A stretch of 57,947 nt of DNA from a virus (taxonomy: Duplodnaviria; Caudoviricetes). The position numbers were made by a program, and so were the translations under genes. The stretch spans positions 1 to 57,947 of the IMG/VR virus record IMGVR_UViG_3300038317_000024; one strand, 5' to 3'. Below, in pieces: positions 8,684-17,820 of this stretch (position 1 is its first letter; every line of letters begins with the position of its first letter). The notes beneath the pieces were generated by a model, which saw only the letters and a program-made list of their open reading frames with translations, did not search any database and had not been told where the DNA came from.

Positions 8684-9766
8684 ATGGCAACAAATCAAAA
8701 ACCAGCAACAAAGAACGAAACAGCCCTACAGACAGCAGAGGCTCAACCACTCGCAATGAGCGAGCGCTTCACAAACACGGTACTAAAGGAATTCGGAAGC
8801 AACGTAGCAGGAGCACTTCAGGTAACAGACTACCAGAGACAGCTGATCCAGGGGTACTTCATAGCCATAGACAGAGGGCTCAAGCTCGCAGAGGAAGCAA
8901 GAATCAGGAAGAACGAGAACAACAGAGACCACAAATACGATAACAACCTACCGGTAACATGGGGAAACACCAACCTGAACGACCTGGCCCTGGACGTAGT
9001 ACACTACGCGAGAATGGGGCTGGACATGATGCAGGACAACCACCTTTCACCGATCCCTTACAAGAACAACAAGACCAACAAGTACGACATAACCCTGATG
9101 CCAGGATACAACGGAATACAGTACATCGCAGAGAAATACGCGGTAGAGAAGCCGCTGGCCACAACCATAGAGCTGGTTTATTCGACAGACACCTTCAGGC
9201 CAATCAAGAAGAACAAAGACAACAGGGTGGAAAGTTACGAGTTCGAGATTAACAACGCCTTTGACAGAGGAACCATCGTCGGAGGCTTTGGATACATCGA
9301 ATACACCGACCCACTCAAAAACAAGTTAATCATAATGACCATGAGGGACATTGAGAAGAGAAAGCCAGCATACGCGGCCGCAGAGTTCTGGGGAGGTAAG
9401 GTAAAGAAATGGGAGAACGGAAAGCAGGTCGAGGTTGAATCAGACGGCTGGTTTGACGAGATGTGCCTGAAGACCATCAAGCGCGAAGTTTTCAGCGCGA
9501 AACACATGCCAAGAGACCCAAAGAAGGTAGACGACGCATACCAGTACATGAAGATGAGAGAAGCCAAATACGCAGAGATGGAAGCAGAGTCAGAGATAGA
9601 CAGTTTCGCAAACGCCACCATCATAGACACTACAACAGACGAGCCAAAACAGCTACAAAGACCAGGAGTAGACTTTGAAACCGGGGAAGTAATCGAGCCG
9701 GAACAAACCAAAATAAAAGCCGACGCAGCCCCGGTACAAGAAACCATGGCAGGCCCGAACTTCTAA
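8684..9766 (+). CDS. RecT-like single-strand annealing recombinase
   Basis: GLDMMQ..PIPY..MPGYNG..ELVYSTD..WFDEMCLKTIKR; located between ATPase and MBL nuclease. Confidence 0.75.
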   Translation: MATNQKPATKNETALQTAEAQPLAMSERFTNTVLKEFGSNVAGALQVTDYQRQLIQGYFIAIDRGLKLAEEARIRKNENNRDHKYDNNLPVTWGNTNLNDLALDVVHYARMGLDMMQDNHLSPIPYKNNKTNKYDITLMPGYNGIQYIAEKYAVEKPLATTIELVYSTDTFRPIKKNKDNRVESYEFEINNAFDRGTIVGGFGYIEYTDPLKNKLIIMTMRDIEKRKPAYAAAEFWGGKVKKWENGKQVEVESDGWFDEMCLKTIKREVFSAKHMPRDPKKVDDAYQYMKMREAKYAEMEAESEIDSFANATIIDTTTDEPKQLQRPGVDFETGEVIEPEQTKIKADAAPVQETMAGPNF

Positions 9767-10467
9767 TGGAGATCAAGGTACTCGCATCCGGCAGCAGCGG
9801 AAACGCCTATCGCATAAGCGACGGAACAACCAGCCTGCTGCTGGACGCGGGCATACCGCTAAAGGCCATACAGGTAGGGTGCGGATTTAAAGTGTCGCAG
9901 ATCAAGGGCTGCTTTGTGACACACAACCACCAAGACCACAGTAAGGCCGCCAAAGGGCTTATGAAGTTAGGGGTAGACATTTACACCAGTAAAGGGACAA
10001 TCGACGCGTGTGGGCTTATAGGACACCGTGCGCATCCATTAAAAGAGCTTCAGGAGATAACAGTAGGAACATTCAAGGTTTTACCTTTCGACGTTCAGCA
10101 CGACGCGCCGGAGCCGCTGGGTTTCCTTTTCACATCAGAAGAAACCAAAGAAAAGCTGCTTTATTTCACAGATACCTACTACATAAAATACCGGTTTCAA
10201 GGGCTGACCCACATCATGGCCGAATGCAACTACGACAAAGAAACGCTCCAAAGGAGCATAGACGCAGGATATATACCGATTGAGCTGGTGCCAAGATTGA
10301 TGAAGAGCCACATGAGCCTGGAACATTTTCTGGATCTGCTCAAAGCAAACGACCTGCACCAGGTAAGACAAATATACCTTTTGCACCTGAGTAACAACAA
10401 CAGCGACGAGCAACGCTTCAAAGAAGAGGTTCAGAAGCTCACAGGGGCAGAAGTGTACATTTGCTAA
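9766..10467 (+). CDS. Metallo-beta-lactamase-fold hydrolase (exonuclease-like)
   Basis: LASGSSGN, LLDAG, THNHQDH, HD, TDT, HLS motifs. Confidence 0.88.
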   Translation: MEIKVLASGSSGNAYRISDGTTSLLLDAGIPLKAIQVGCGFKVSQIKGCFVTHNHQDHSKAAKGLMKLGVDIYTSKGTIDACGLIGHRAHPLKELQEITVGTFKVLPFDVQHDAPEPLGFLFTSEETKEKLLYFTDTYYIKYRFQGLTHIMAECNYDKETLQRSIDAGYIPIELVPRLMKSHMSLEHFLDLLKANDLHQVRQIYLLHLSNNNSDEQRFKEEVQKLTGAEVYIC

Positions 10468-10499
10468 AGAGGTCAAACACAAAGGGGGTGACTTAACAA

Positions 10500-11471
10500 A
10501 TGGCACGAACGCGAAGCATAAAACCTGGATTTTTTGACAACGAAATTCTGGGCGACCTTCCACCACTAACCAGGCTTTTATTTATAGGGCTTTGGTGCAT
10601 AGCAGACAGAGAAGGAAGACTGGAAGACAAGCCAAGGAAAATAAAGAAGATGCTACTGGGATACGACGATGTGAACGCCGACGGAGTAGACAATATGCTG
10701 CAGGCACTACACGACAACGGCTTCATTTACAGATACAAGATCGAAGAAGAGGAATACATTCAAGTAGTCAATTTCACGAAGCATCAAAACCCACACATTA
10801 AAGAAAAAGGCAGTGAAATACCATCGCCAGAAGGATACCAAGCACCAAGCGACACGGTATACGGAGGAGGAAATCACCAAAGAACCATACAAGCACCAGA
10901 CTTGCACGGTGCTAACACAGTACAAGCCCCGCCTATTACCTTTAACCGATTACCTTCTACTGGAACCCTATCACCTACTACGCCAGATGGCGAAGACGGA
11001 GTGGGAGAAAAACAAGAGAACAATCAGCCGGGCGAGAGCCTAACGGTTCAAACGGCCGGAATGGCAGCGGGAAACGAAACCCGTCAACAGCCCTCCAAGA
11101 CCCTGGCTGAAAGAAGGTTCGACGAGTTCTGGGCAGCTTACCCGAAGAAGGTCGGGAAGAAAGCAGCGCAGACTTCATGGAATAAACTCAAACCAGATAC
11201 AGAGCTCCACGACAAGATCATGACGGCTATAGGTAGAGCCAGAGCGACAGAGCAATGGCTAAAAGAAGGCGGAAGATATATACCAAACCCAACAACCTGG
11301 ATAAACCAAGGTAGATGGGACGATGAATACGAGGAGGTGGCACCGAATGGAGTCAATAGCAAGTATTTTGACAGGAACAAACAGCAACCAGATACAGCAG
11401 CGAAGGGAAATGAGAGCAAACAGGATGCCCTCGCAGGATTTAAAACAATCGACGACTACGACTTCAAGTGA
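10500..11471 (+). CDS. Replication initiator / replisome organiser
   Basis: MARTRSIKPGFF..LFIGLWCIADREGR N-terminus; FDEFWAAYPKKVGK..YIPNPTTWINQGRWDDE C-terminus; internal repeats. Confidence 0.85.
   Translation: MARTRSIKPGFFDNEILGDLPPLTRLLFIGLWCIADREGRLEDKPRKIKKMLLGYDDVNADGVDNMLQALHDNGFIYRYKIEEEEYIQVVNFTKHQNPHIKEKGSEIPSPEGYQAPSDTVYGGGNHQRTIQAPDLHGANTVQAPPITFNRLPSTGTLSPTTPDGEDGVGEKQENNQPGESLTVQTAGMAAGNETRQQPSKTLAERRFDEFWAAYPKKVGKKAAQTSWNKLKPDTELHDKIMTAIGRARATEQWLKEGGRYIPNPTTWINQGRWDDEYEEVAPNGVNSKYFDRNKQQPDTAAKGNESKQDALAGFKTIDDYDFK
10879..10982 (+). repeat. Probable replication origin inside the initiator gene
   Basis: Five 11-bp units (e.g. CAAGCACCAGA) at 10879-10933, then seven 7-bp units (TATTACC-like) at 10934-10982. 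Confidence 0.65.
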
Positions 11472-12420
11472 AGAGGACAAAAAGAATCGATACCAGATAA
11501 CAAGCAACCAGGCAAAAGAAGAGGGATGGAATTGGAATGAGGATCCACCAGAACCAAAGAGCTGCGAGTTTTGCGGCAAGACGCTATACCACATCGGAAT
11601 TATTTCACCGCTTCAAAACAAACAGGTCTTCACATGGCTAAAAGAGCCGGAACATTGCGACTGCAAAGAGGCACAAACATACTGGGCAAAGGTTGAAGCA
11701 GAGCGAATAGCTGCAGAGGAAGAAAAGAAGCGCCAGGAAGAAGCAATGCGGATACAGCGAAAGATCAGCAAACTGGTCAAGGACAGCGGAATCAGGGGAA
11801 GGTTCCTGAACCGGACATTTGAACGCTTCGAGATTGACGAAAAAAACAAAAGAGCATATCAAGCAGCCAAATGGTACGCCGACAACTTCCCGGCCATGCT
11901 TCCAAAGAAAAACAAAGACGGATCCGGACACATAAGCCCACCAGAGAAGGAACGGAATGGACTTTTAATAACCGGAAACTACGGAACAGGCAAGACGCAC
12001 CTGGTCACAGCGATATCAAACCAACTAATCGCCGGAGGAATACCGGTAATATGCATGACGATGATAGACCTTCTGGCCAGAATAAAACAAACTTTTGACA
12101 GAAGCGACAACGCCACAGAAGCCGACATCATGAAGATTTACGAAGAGGTACCGCTTCTGGTAATAGACGACATAGGCAGCGAGCAGCCAAGCGAATGGGG
12201 ATCAACGAAAATATTCGCGATTGTAAACTCCAGGTACGAAGCATACATGCCGACCATTGTAACCACAAACTACGCAGGAGACGAGCTGATCCGGAGAATG
12301 ACACCAACCGGAAGCAACGGAAGGCCGATGGACAGCAGGAACGCAGAGAAGACCCTCGACCGCCTGAAGGAAATGTGCATAGGCATTGAAATGAACTGGG
12401 ATAGTTGGAGGTCGAGATGA
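11347..12420 (+). CDS. DnaC/IstB-like helicase loader ATPase
   Basis: GNYGTGKTHL, LLVIDDIGSE, IVTTN, DRLKEMC; GAGGAGG RBS before 11347. Confidence 0.88.
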   Translation: MESIASILTGTNSNQIQQRREMRANRMPSQDLKQSTTTTSSEEDKKNRYQITSNQAKEEGWNWNEDPPEPKSCEFCGKTLYHIGIISPLQNKQVFTWLKEPEHCDCKEAQTYWAKVEAERIAAEEEKKRQEEAMRIQRKISKLVKDSGIRGRFLNRTFERFEIDEKNKRAYQAAKWYADNFPAMLPKKNKDGSGHISPPEKERNGLLITGNYGTGKTHLVTAISNQLIAGGIPVICMTMIDLLARIKQTFDRSDNATEADIMKIYEEVPLLVIDDIGSEQPSEWGSTKIFAIVNSRYEAYMPTIVTTNYAGDELIRRMTPTGSNGRPMDSRNAEKTLDRLKEMCIGIEMNWDSWRSR

Positions 12421-13424
12421 TGGAAGAGAAAAGACAGCTCACACCAGCAGACAAAGCAAAGTGCAAATGGACACAAGAGGAAGAGTACTACCTTCAGGAT
12501 AAATGGGGAGAGGTAAGTATTAAAGGAATCGCTAAAACCCTGGGACGCAGCGAAAACGCAATTATAGTCAGAGCCCAACGGATGGGACTCGGAGCCCACC
12601 TTCACGCAGACAGCCGCGTAACAGCCAACCAGCTGATGAAAGCGGTATACGGAGGAAAGCAGCAAGGCGGATGGACGATGAACCGCTGGATCGAGAACGG
12701 ACTACCCATAAAGAAGCACCTGGTGAAGAATAGCCGGTTCAAGGTTATTGACATAGACGACTTCTGGAAATGGGCAGAGCAGAACAAAGACATAGTGAAC
12801 TTTTCACAGATGGAAGAGAATGTACTCGGCAAAGAACCCGAATGGGTTAAGCAAAAGCGCAGAATTGACATTAGGGAGAAGTTCAAAAAGACACCATGGA
12901 CACCGACAGAGGACAAGAAGCTAATTCAACTTTTAGACAAATACGAGTACACATACGACGATTTATGCAAGGCACTGAACCGAACAGAAGGCGCAATAAA
13001 ACGCAGGATCATAACCCTTGGACTGACGCAAAGACCAATAAGAAATTACGACAGACACTGGACAGAAGAAGAGACAGAGAAGCTCCTTGTAATGAAGTCA
13101 AAAGGACACTGCTGGGAAGAAATAGGACGAGAACTTAACAGAAGCGGCAGCGCAGTCAGAGGCAAATACGAGAGACTTCAAAACCCGGAATATTGCAAGA
13201 GGTACTACAGAAACAACAGAGAAAAGCTGGCCGCATATTTCCAAAAAGACATGTGCCAGCACTACATCAAGACCATAGGGTGCACTGCAGGAGAAGAAAA
13301 CTGCGACGACTGCCAACAATTTAGGAGAAGAAACCCGGAAGAAAAAACAAACACAGGGTGGAACTCAATAACGAGCATAGGCGCGAAGGAAATCCTTCAG
13401 GAAAGATATGAAAACATCGGATAA
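12417..13424 (+). CDS. Protein with Myb/SANT-like HTH repeats
   Basis: Three WTxxE units (WTQEEE, WTPTED, WTEEET), each followed by (IA/LC/IG)xxL(G/N)R(S/T). Confidence 0.65.
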   Translation: MMEEKRQLTPADKAKCKWTQEEEYYLQDKWGEVSIKGIAKTLGRSENAIIVRAQRMGLGAHLHADSRVTANQLMKAVYGGKQQGGWTMNRWIENGLPIKKHLVKNSRFKVIDIDDFWKWAEQNKDIVNFSQMEENVLGKEPEWVKQKRRIDIREKFKKTPWTPTEDKKLIQLLDKYEYTYDDLCKALNRTEGAIKRRIITLGLTQRPIRNYDRHWTEEETEKLLVMKSKGHCWEEIGRELNRSGSAVRGKYERLQNPEYCKRYYRNNREKLAAYFQKDMCQHYIKTIGCTAGEENCDDCQQFRRRNPEEKTNTGWNSITSIGAKEILQERYENIG

Positions 13425-13436
13425 GGAGGGAACCTG

Positions 13437-13763
13437 ATGAAAAAGAGAGCATGTAGAATGACCGAGGAGGAAAAAGCAATGCACGACAGAGCGGTGAAGC
13501 TCAAGAAAATGACAGACGCGCAGCTTTGCGAATTCATAGACCACACATACGGCAAAGGAATGGAAGAAGGAACAAAGCTGGCACAGATCAACAAACAGGA
13601 AGAGCCGACAGAAGCAATCGACCCAGTAAAGAAATTCATCGAATACTTGGAAAGAAGAACAGGAACCGGAAACAGGATAGGACGCGGAACAATACTGCAG
13701 CTTAACCGGGAACTGGAGAATGCAATCAATGGAGGTTTATTCACAGGGGAGGCGACCAGATGA
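13437..13763 (+). CDS. Hypothetical phage protein
   Basis: RBS; HDRAVKLKKMTDAQLC. Confidence 0.7.
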   Translation: MKKRACRMTEEEKAMHDRAVKLKKMTDAQLCEFIDHTYGKGMEEGTKLAQINKQEEPTEAIDPVKKFIEYLERRTGTGNRIGRGTILQLNRELENAINGGLFTGEATR

Positions 13764-14347
13764 AGGGATACGGCAACACACATGCAAACAGAGGTCAGCC
13801 GTTCGAAGATTTCCTAAAGTTCGTAAACGAACGGTACCAAGCGGACGGAATAGCGTGCGTTCACAAAGTACCGACTGAATTTATACCACTGCGGAACGCC
13901 AAAGGCCAGGTATGCAGCGCAAAGGTAGAGACAAAGAGCTGCGTCGACTACTTGGGAAGATACAAGAACATTCCGGTAGCCATTGAAGCAAAGCACACCA
14001 ACGAAAAGAGGATCGCATTCAGCAGGGTAGAACCACACCAGGCCGCATACCTCGATGATTGGAGCAAAGACCCGGACGCAATAGCGCTGGTGACAATCAG
14101 CTTCAACCTTAAAAAATTCTACTCGGTACCTTGGCCATTTTGGAGAGCAGCTGCTATAGCGTGGGAGATGAAGAGGGCAGGTAAAGACCCAGGGAAGCAG
14201 ATAGTAAGGGAGTACGGCTGGGAATGGACAACACCAGGCATGGCCAGTGTAAGCGAAGAGCAACTCCTGCCAGATTGGGAGATAAAAACCGGAGGCAGAT
14301 CGGGACTCCCATACCTGGAGATAATCGACAAAATGACAAGGGGGTAA
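13760..14347 (+). CDS. recU: RecU-family Holliday junction resolvase
   Basis: ANRGQPFE, HKVPT, KSCVDYLG..IEAKHT, HQ motifs. Confidence 0.8.
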   Translation: MKGYGNTHANRGQPFEDFLKFVNERYQADGIACVHKVPTEFIPLRNAKGQVCSAKVETKSCVDYLGRYKNIPVAIEAKHTNEKRIAFSRVEPHQAAYLDDWSKDPDAIALVTISFNLKKFYSVPWPFWRAAAIAWEMKRAGKDPGKQIVREYGWEWTTPGMASVSEEQLLPDWEIKTGGRSGLPYLEIIDKMTRG

Positions 14348-14351
14348 AGGT

Positions 14352-14615
14352 ATGAGCAGCGAGGACAAAGTAGTGGAATCATTCGACTTGAACCGGATCA
14401 CGAAATCAACCAAATTTCCGATAATTTGCATTTACAACAACCCAAAGGACTACCCGGGGAAATACATAGCCAGGCTTTGGGACGTAAATACACCGACAAA
14501 CATCGTAGCCATAGCTGAAAGCCTGGAGGAGATCAGGAAGACAAAGCCATCGGACATGGTGATCATGGACAGACAACCGAAAGACGACCCGGTAATAGTT
14601 GAAACATGGATTTAA
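14352..14615 (+). CDS. Hypothetical protein
   Basis: IYNNPKDYPGKYIARLW..DDPVIVETW. Confidence 0.7.
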   Translation: MSSEDKVVESFDLNRITKSTKFPIICIYNNPKDYPGKYIARLWDVNTPTNIVAIAESLEEIRKTKPSDMVIMDRQPKDDPVIVETWI

Positions 14616-14635
14616 GAGAGGAGGCCCAACCACAC

Positions 14636-14965
14636 ATGAAAGAAGTAACGAGATATCAATGCGAATTTTGCAAAAAGGATTTTAGAACACCAGACAAGCA
14701 CTACTGCAAGAAGAACCCAGAGCTGAAGAACTGCTTCACTTGCAAGAACCTGAAGGGATGGCTCGAGAGCGAGGATGGAGTAGACGTAGGAGTAGGAGTG
14801 ATCCGAGACCCGAACTACCCAGACTGCGCAGCAGACGTGGACGGATGGAACATAGAAGACATAAAATACGCGAACTACGACATGCAGTGCGACAAATGGG
14901 AACAGGGAACATACGACTGGAGAAAAGACTTCAACGAATACGAGGGAATGGAGGGGATATGGTGA
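14636..14965 (+). CDS. Cys-rich hypothetical protein
   Basis: GAGGAGG RBS; YQCEFC..HYC..CFTC. Confidence 0.6.
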   Translation: MKEVTRYQCEFCKKDFRTPDKHYCKKNPELKNCFTCKNLKGWLESEDGVDVGVGVIRDPNYPDCAADVDGWNIEDIKYANYDMQCDKWEQGTYDWRKDFNEYEGMEGIW

Positions 14966-15384
14966 TGAAAGCAATAACATTATGGCAACCATGGGCGCAG
15001 CTGATAGTACAAGGAGACAAGCTAATCGAGACCAGAGGACGCAATACCAACATAAGAGGGAGAGTAGCCATTCACGCAGCAAAATCAGACCACAGCGGGA
15101 TACTGCTACATATACCAATGCGCGAACTCGAATTCTTTCAGGAAGCAGGCGTAACAGGAATAAAAGAACCGCCGAGAGGTGTAATCGTCGGCACAATAGA
15201 GATTATAGACAGCTGGCCAATAGAAGAAATTATGGGAACAGGATACGACACGCCAAAGGAACGAGCCTTCGGAGATTGGAGCCCAGGACGCTGGGGATGG
15301 ATACTTCAGAAACCGATACTTTTTGAAAAACCAATACCGGCAAAAGGATCCCAGGGCTTCTGGAATTGGGAGGATGAGCGATGA
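14965..15384 (+). CDS. ASCH-domain protein
   Basis: KAITLWQPWAQLIVQGDKLIETR..AIHAA..PAKGSQGFW. Confidence 0.85.
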   Translation: MKAITLWQPWAQLIVQGDKLIETRGRNTNIRGRVAIHAAKSDHSGILLHIPMRELEFFQEAGVTGIKEPPRGVIVGTIEIIDSWPIEEIMGTGYDTPKERAFGDWSPGRWGWILQKPILFEKPIPAKGSQGFWNWEDER

Positions 15385-15719
15385 AAGAGATCAAAGCTTT
15401 TCAATGCGACTTTTGTAAAAAGTATTACAGGCATAAATCATCAGCAAAAAGGCACGAAGATATGTGCTACAGAAACCCCGATAACAGAGCGTGTTTGACA
15501 TGTGGGAACTTTGAACAATACTACGAAACAGTTTATGTAAGGCCACACGGAGACCAAAACTACGGCGACGCCGACTATGAGGAACAGTTTCTTATTTGCA
15601 AAGCCACTAAAAAGGACTTCGGAGCAGAAAAAATTATCGACAGACAAAAATTTCAGCATCACTGCAGAATGTGGAAGCCAATAGAATTTGAAGAAGAAGA
15701 GATAGTGGAGGAAGCATAA
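15381..15719 (+). CDS. Cys-rich hypothetical protein
   Basis: FQCDFC..HEDMC..CLTC. Confidence 0.65.
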   Translation: MKEIKAFQCDFCKKYYRHKSSAKRHEDMCYRNPDNRACLTCGNFEQYYETVYVRPHGDQNYGDADYEEQFLICKATKKDFGAEKIIDRQKFQHHCRMWKPIEFEEEEIVEEA

Positions 15720-15875
15720 ATGATCAGATACAAATGCCTGAAATGCGGAGGCGACCAATACTCCGCAGACCCACACAAAGAAAACGAACCATGCATCTAC
15801 TGCGACCACAAAGGCACAGAGTTCATGGATAACATAAACGAAGACCAGGAGGAGCCAAAGGAGGAGATCAAATGA
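15720..15875 (+). CDS. Small zinc-ribbon protein (51 aa)
   Basis: MIRYKCLKCGG..PCIYC; GGAGG RBS; below the ORF-track size cutoff. Confidence 0.55.
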   Translation: MIRYKCLKCGGDQYSADPHKENEPCIYCDHKGTEFMDNINEDQEEPKEEIK

Positions 15876-16315
15876 AGACCTACATGAACAGGATCGACAG
15901 AGAGCACCATTTGGTGATCCTGATTGTTTGGGACTACCTCGGGAGCTGGCTGGAAAAGACGAGCTGCCTCACCAAGGAGGAACGCAAAAGAATAAAGACG
16001 GCAACAACCCACTTATTACACACCAGCGACAGCATCGTCCAGAGGATGGAATACGACTACGCAAAGAAAATTATGAAGGACGCAAAGAACATAGAAATCC
16101 GGATAGCGGATCGTACGCGCGAAAGCCTGAAGAACAAGGAAGGCGGCACTTATATAGACATTGAGGATTTATACGACCTGGGCAGTTTTGCACTCAAGGA
16201 ATGCCGAGGATGCAAGAAAGAAGACCATAAAGAGTGCGAGAGATACCAGCTATTCATGAAATTAAATATTCCGGTGGCGCAGGAGCAAACAGACAGCTGC
16301 CCATACGAGAATTAA
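15872..16315 (+). CDS. Hypothetical protein with C-terminal Cys cluster
   Basis: CRGC..C..CPY; RBS. Confidence 0.7.
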   Translation: MKTYMNRIDREHHLVILIVWDYLGSWLEKTSCLTKEERKRIKTATTHLLHTSDSIVQRMEYDYAKKIMKDAKNIEIRIADRTRESLKNKEGGTYIDIEDLYDLGSFALKECRGCKKEDHKECERYQLFMKLNIPVAQEQTDSCPYEN

Positions 16316-16376
16316 AGCGGAGCTCCAGCAGAGTCATAGCGGAGTCCCGGCGGAGAAATCAGAAGAGGGGGATCGA

Positions 16377-17063
16377 ATGAATGGGGCTAAAGAAGAACCA
16401 AAGATCATCGAATGCAGCAGGTGCGGCTGTGAGTGGAACGTAAGCATAAACGCATACATACCAAGCAGCGGGTACACTTGCCCGCATTGCACAAGCAGAG
16501 AGCGAGAAAATAATACCTTTCAGGAGGATAACGATATGGCAAATAGAGCATTGCTTCACCGAAATAAAATAGAAGACTTCAAAGGCTGGCTTCAGGCGGA
16601 TGGCTGGCAGATAGAAGAACCCAAAGGAATATACGAGGTAGTGAGGGCAAGAAAGGGCGACAGGAAGCCTTTAATAGTTTACACGAGGGACAATAAGGGA
16701 AACGAGCACATAACCGTTCAGAGCCGAGATGAGGGCGTCGTGAGAGCATACATAAGAGACAAAAGAAGAGAAGCCTGGTGCAAAGCAAACGGCGTAGAGA
16801 AGATCACCAGAGAAAAAGCACACGAAATATGGGACAGCAGCCCAATCGGCAGAGAAGACTACCAGCCAAGAGGTCGTTTTTATTACATGGACGGCAAAAC
16901 AATCATCGGCATAGATAACGACAGAGGCGGAGCCTGGACGGAAGAGTTCAAGAATTGGGACACGTTCAAACTATGGATCGCATCGCAGCTGACTGTAGAG
17001 GAGGCAGAAAGGATAACTGGAAGGAGGAACGGCCATGGCAAGCGTGTCGGCGTTAGAAATTAA
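16377..17063 (+). CDS. Hypothetical protein (zinc-ribbon N-terminus; possible internal start at 16536)
   Basis: 228-aa ORF; AGGAGG RBS before in-frame ATG 16536. Confidence 0.6.
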   Translation: MNGAKEEPKIIECSRCGCEWNVSINAYIPSSGYTCPHCTSRERENNTFQEDNDMANRALLHRNKIEDFKGWLQADGWQIEEPKGIYEVVRARKGDRKPLIVYTRDNKGNEHITVQSRDEGVVRAYIRDKRREAWCKANGVEKITREKAHEIWDSSPIGREDYQPRGRFYYMDGKTIIGIDNDRGGAWTEEFKNWDTFKLWIASQLTVEEAERITGRRNGHGKRVGVRN

Positions 17064-17820
17064 GAAAGCACTGGCAAAGAAGCACGGTGATAGGGAATTT
17101 TTTATAACTGAATGTAAAACAGGGCCAACAAGGTCAGGAGTACTGCAGTTTGATGGATTGGCAATTTATAAGAGCTGGGCACACCCAAACATTGCAGGAT
17201 ACGAAATAAAGGTAAGCAGGAGCGACTTCTTAAGGGACGCAAAATACACCCAGTACATGCCATATTGCCACGAGTTCTCGTTTGTAACACCGCAAGGAAT
17301 GGTTCAGCGCCAAGAAGTAGAAGAAAATATCGGCCTGATTTGGTACAACCCGGAGACCAGGGGACTGACAACCAAGAAAAAAGCTGTTCACCGAAATATA
17401 GAAGTAAACCCGGATATGCTTTTGTACATCATCATGACCAGGCTGGAAAGCGACCGGCTGCCATTTACCAGCGATAAGACGGAGTATTGGAGAGAATGGC
17501 TGAATGAGAAGATCAGCAACCGGGAACTCGGATACCAGGTGAGATCAAAACTCCTGGATAAGATAGAAGAACAGGAACGTGACCTGCGGAGATTTCGAGA
17601 TAACAAAGACGACCAAGAAGAACTAAAAGCGATTGGCAAGGTCATGGAGAAGCACGGAATACGAGGATACTGGCAAAAGGCCAAGGCAATCGATGAAGCA
17701 TTAAGCAGAGCGTATCCAAGGGAACTGGATAACCTTCAACAAAAGCTGCAGGACGCAGCGGCCAGCATTGAGAAGTTAAAAGCAACATACAAAGAGGAGG
17801 AGCAGAGCGATGATGAATAA
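17035..17820 (+). CDS. MmcB-like PD-(D/E)XK nuclease-fold protein
   Basis: FDGLAI..GYEIKVSRSDFLRDAK..YCHEFSFVTP. Confidence 0.65.
   Translation: MASVSALEIKKALAKKHGDREFFITECKTGPTRSGVLQFDGLAIYKSWAHPNIAGYEIKVSRSDFLRDAKYTQYMPYCHEFSFVTPQGMVQRQEVEENIGLIWYNPETRGLTTKKKAVHRNIEVNPDMLLYIIMTRLESDRLPFTSDKTEYWREWLNEKISNRELGYQVRSKLLDKIEEQERDLRRFRDNKDDQEELKAIGKVMEKHGIRGYWQKAKAIDEALSRAYPRELDNLQQKLQDAAASIEKLKATYKEEEQSDDE

Noticed and set aside
6027-10467. SMC-like ATPase plus MBL nuclease as a defence system (Wadjet or Lamassu-like)
   Set aside because: They flank a RecT-like gene in the early operon, the ordinary Firmicutes phage recombination module
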